A program made the translations under genes and the position numbers. Source: Podarcis vaucheri (taxonomy: Eukaryota). From it: a stretch of 64,000 nucleotides of DNA. The stretch's first letter is position 1. Each line of letters opens with the position of its first letter. The stretch lies in assembly GCA_965113315.1 (NCBI GenBank), contig OZ220374.1, one strand, 5' to 3'. This document shows, in pieces, positions 61,886-64,000 of the stretch. Below the pieces are notes generated by a model. That model was given only the letters and a program-made list of their open reading frames with translations, did not search any database and had not been told where the DNA came from.

Positions 61886-64000
61886 AGACACTATTGTGTG
61901 AAGGACTCAATAGCCGCAAAAAGCCTGTTGGTTAATTAAATGTAGACTTGTTTAGTCTCAGTTCCAATTTAAGTGTGTCCTTGAAGTGTTTCCTGAAGTA
62001 TAGATTTTTATCTAGGTAAAGGAAAAGCCCTGGACAAACAGTGAACCCATTACCAGTCCCAGCACCTAAGTTGAGTAAAGCTCCTGTGAGCAGATGTGTA
62101 ATATGCTATCTAAAGTGGCAGGTGAGGGCCAACCATGAATAAATTTACTTGCAATTAACACAGTAATCTTTGATATTTGCAAGTAAATTTACCGTTAATC
62201 CTTGTACTTTTTGGTCTGTTATGTAAGCAACACAAGGACAAAGCAGGGCCACAAAAGGCAAGTCATAAACAAAAAGCAACAAGCTTAGCTGCAAAAAGTA
62301 GATTTACGCAAAATGGATTCACCTGTGTTTGGTGTGGCTTCTGCTAGGTAATGTGCATATGATTGTAGTCTAAATAGGCAAATTTTGTAAGCTGCTGTCC
62401 TGATACCAGGGCTTTTTTCCCCCCAGCCGAGCTCAACGACTCAGTTCCAGCACCTCTCAAGTGGGCACCATTGCCATTATAAGAGAACAAAGGAGGAGTT
62501 CATGGTGAGTTATGGCACCTCTTTTTCTAGGAAAAATAGCACTGCCTGATACTATTGGTCAGTTAGCAAAATTCTACACCGCTGTTCCCTTAGGATTCAG
62601 AGAATGCCTCTGCCCAGCTTGTTCAGTAACAAATGTGGCTTTAGCAATTAAAACTAATCCATAAGATAAGGTTGTAAGATACAGTAAGTAGCACTAGCAG
62701 GGACTTTGATAGGCTGCAATTTCTTTAAGCATTTTTCTAACTAATGTTTTTTCTAAAATCAACTTTTTTGAAATCTCTTAAGTCATGTTTGATTGGGTGT
62801 TGTTGTTTTTTAGCCTTTTCTGCACCAACTTTATGTGCAACAGATTGTGATTTCTTTTATAGTATGGATTTGGCTCCTATTTGCTAGTTTGTTTAGAAAT
62901 GCATTTGAAGACAGTGCTTTTTGTGGAGACCTTACTGCTTAAAAGCAACAAGGAAAGCTAATAAGGTTCATGAGAAAGACATTCTTTAATTGGGCCCATA
63001 AGCTCATGCCTTTTGTGAAATTACTTTGGGGCATTATAGTCAAAGCAGGTCTGCAGAGTAGTTTGGAGGAATGTATATATACCTGTGTTAAGGCCACAAC
63101 ATTGAACTCAGCAGGTCTTACTGCTGACTAGACATGTAGGATTGTGCTGTGTAGGGTGTAGGGTAAGTCTGCATTCTCCATCTTCCAAGCCTTAAAACTG
63201 ACTAAATACTGTACAGCCTTGTGGTGTCAATATCAAGAAAACTTTTCTCCCACTTTTTGGGTGTGCTGCTTAGCATCCAGCTCGAAGTAGATTTCTGAAG
63301 AACTAGAAAGCTTGCTTATAATTTTGTGACATTTTGGTTGGTAATAGTTAAGGTATTTTCCAACTGTGGATTTTGAAGTCTTTAGAATGGATCACAACTT
63401 TCCATGCTTTTTAGTGTCTAGTTTTGCTAGTGACCCTGGGGTGTTAGGCTAAAGCGAGGGCTAAGGGCTCTTCAGAGAATTCCAGGAAAATTATAGTATG
63501 GTTTAAACGATTTTCATCCAGTATCCTGCCCTCCCTCCTTCGGCCATATTAACATATCTTCACAACTATATAGCTTGCCTCTACTATTTATGCTCTCCTT
63601 TTTGTGAAAACACTTACAGACTTTCAGTAAAGTGAAAGACCTACTGTCAGGGTATTGGCGTCAAAGCATTAATTGTTTGGGTATAGAACTGTTGCTTTCT
63701 CTACACATTGGTTTACCTGGCCTGAATTTAGATAAACTAAAGGAACAAATCCCACACATCCGCAGAGTGGACCTATTGTGTGCACGTTCCTCAGAGATCC
63801 AAATTAATTTAAAATTAAGGCATCATTGTAAACTGTGGTGTGGTTGTGAATGTCTGCGCAGGAGCTTTGTACACCATGATGAGAGATGGACAGATGGGAA
63901 GCAGCTGAGAAGTATTACTGGTACTGGGCAACTCAGTGTGAGTTGTGTGACAAACACCAAATTTGAGAGGATTAGTGGTGTGGCTTAGAATGTATTGTAG

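Noticed and set aside
62140-62191. 15-bp inverted repeat
   Set aside because: AT-rich with a 22-nt spacer and no supporting context
1-64000. CRISPR arrays, rRNA or prokaryote-type systems
   Set aside because: None seen; the window is intron-rich vertebrate DNA

Overview
Vertebrate genomic DNA, almost certainly a squamate reptile (Sauria SINEs, BovB, CR1/L2/L1 fragments, many hAT and Tc1/mariner MITEs), with two short assembly gaps. It contains three genes. (1) A single-coding-exon CCR5/CCR2-like chemokine receptor (+, 4808-5887). (2) TOPBP1 (+), with a CpG-island promoter near 15 kb and 27 hand-traced coding exons (17303-44482, about 1475 aa, all GT-AG and phase-consistent). (3) CDV3 (-, ATG 60114, five coding exons, the last mostly in a gap), convergent with TOPBP1. 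Main observations: the TOPBP1 terminal exon is decaying, with the ancestral 47-codon tail and its NLS still in frame but broken by four stops; the BRCT7 'RNEK' Arg is changed to Gly; a young hAT element in CDV3 intron 1 carries what looks like a captured CpG-island promoter (GC box, CRE, IRF-E); the CCR5-TOPBP1 adjacency joins the two genes that in human flank LTF and TF; a tailless U6 retrocopy has a TSD; and a RUNX site cluster lies upstream of the CCR exon. Comparisons with human sequences are from memory and need alignment.
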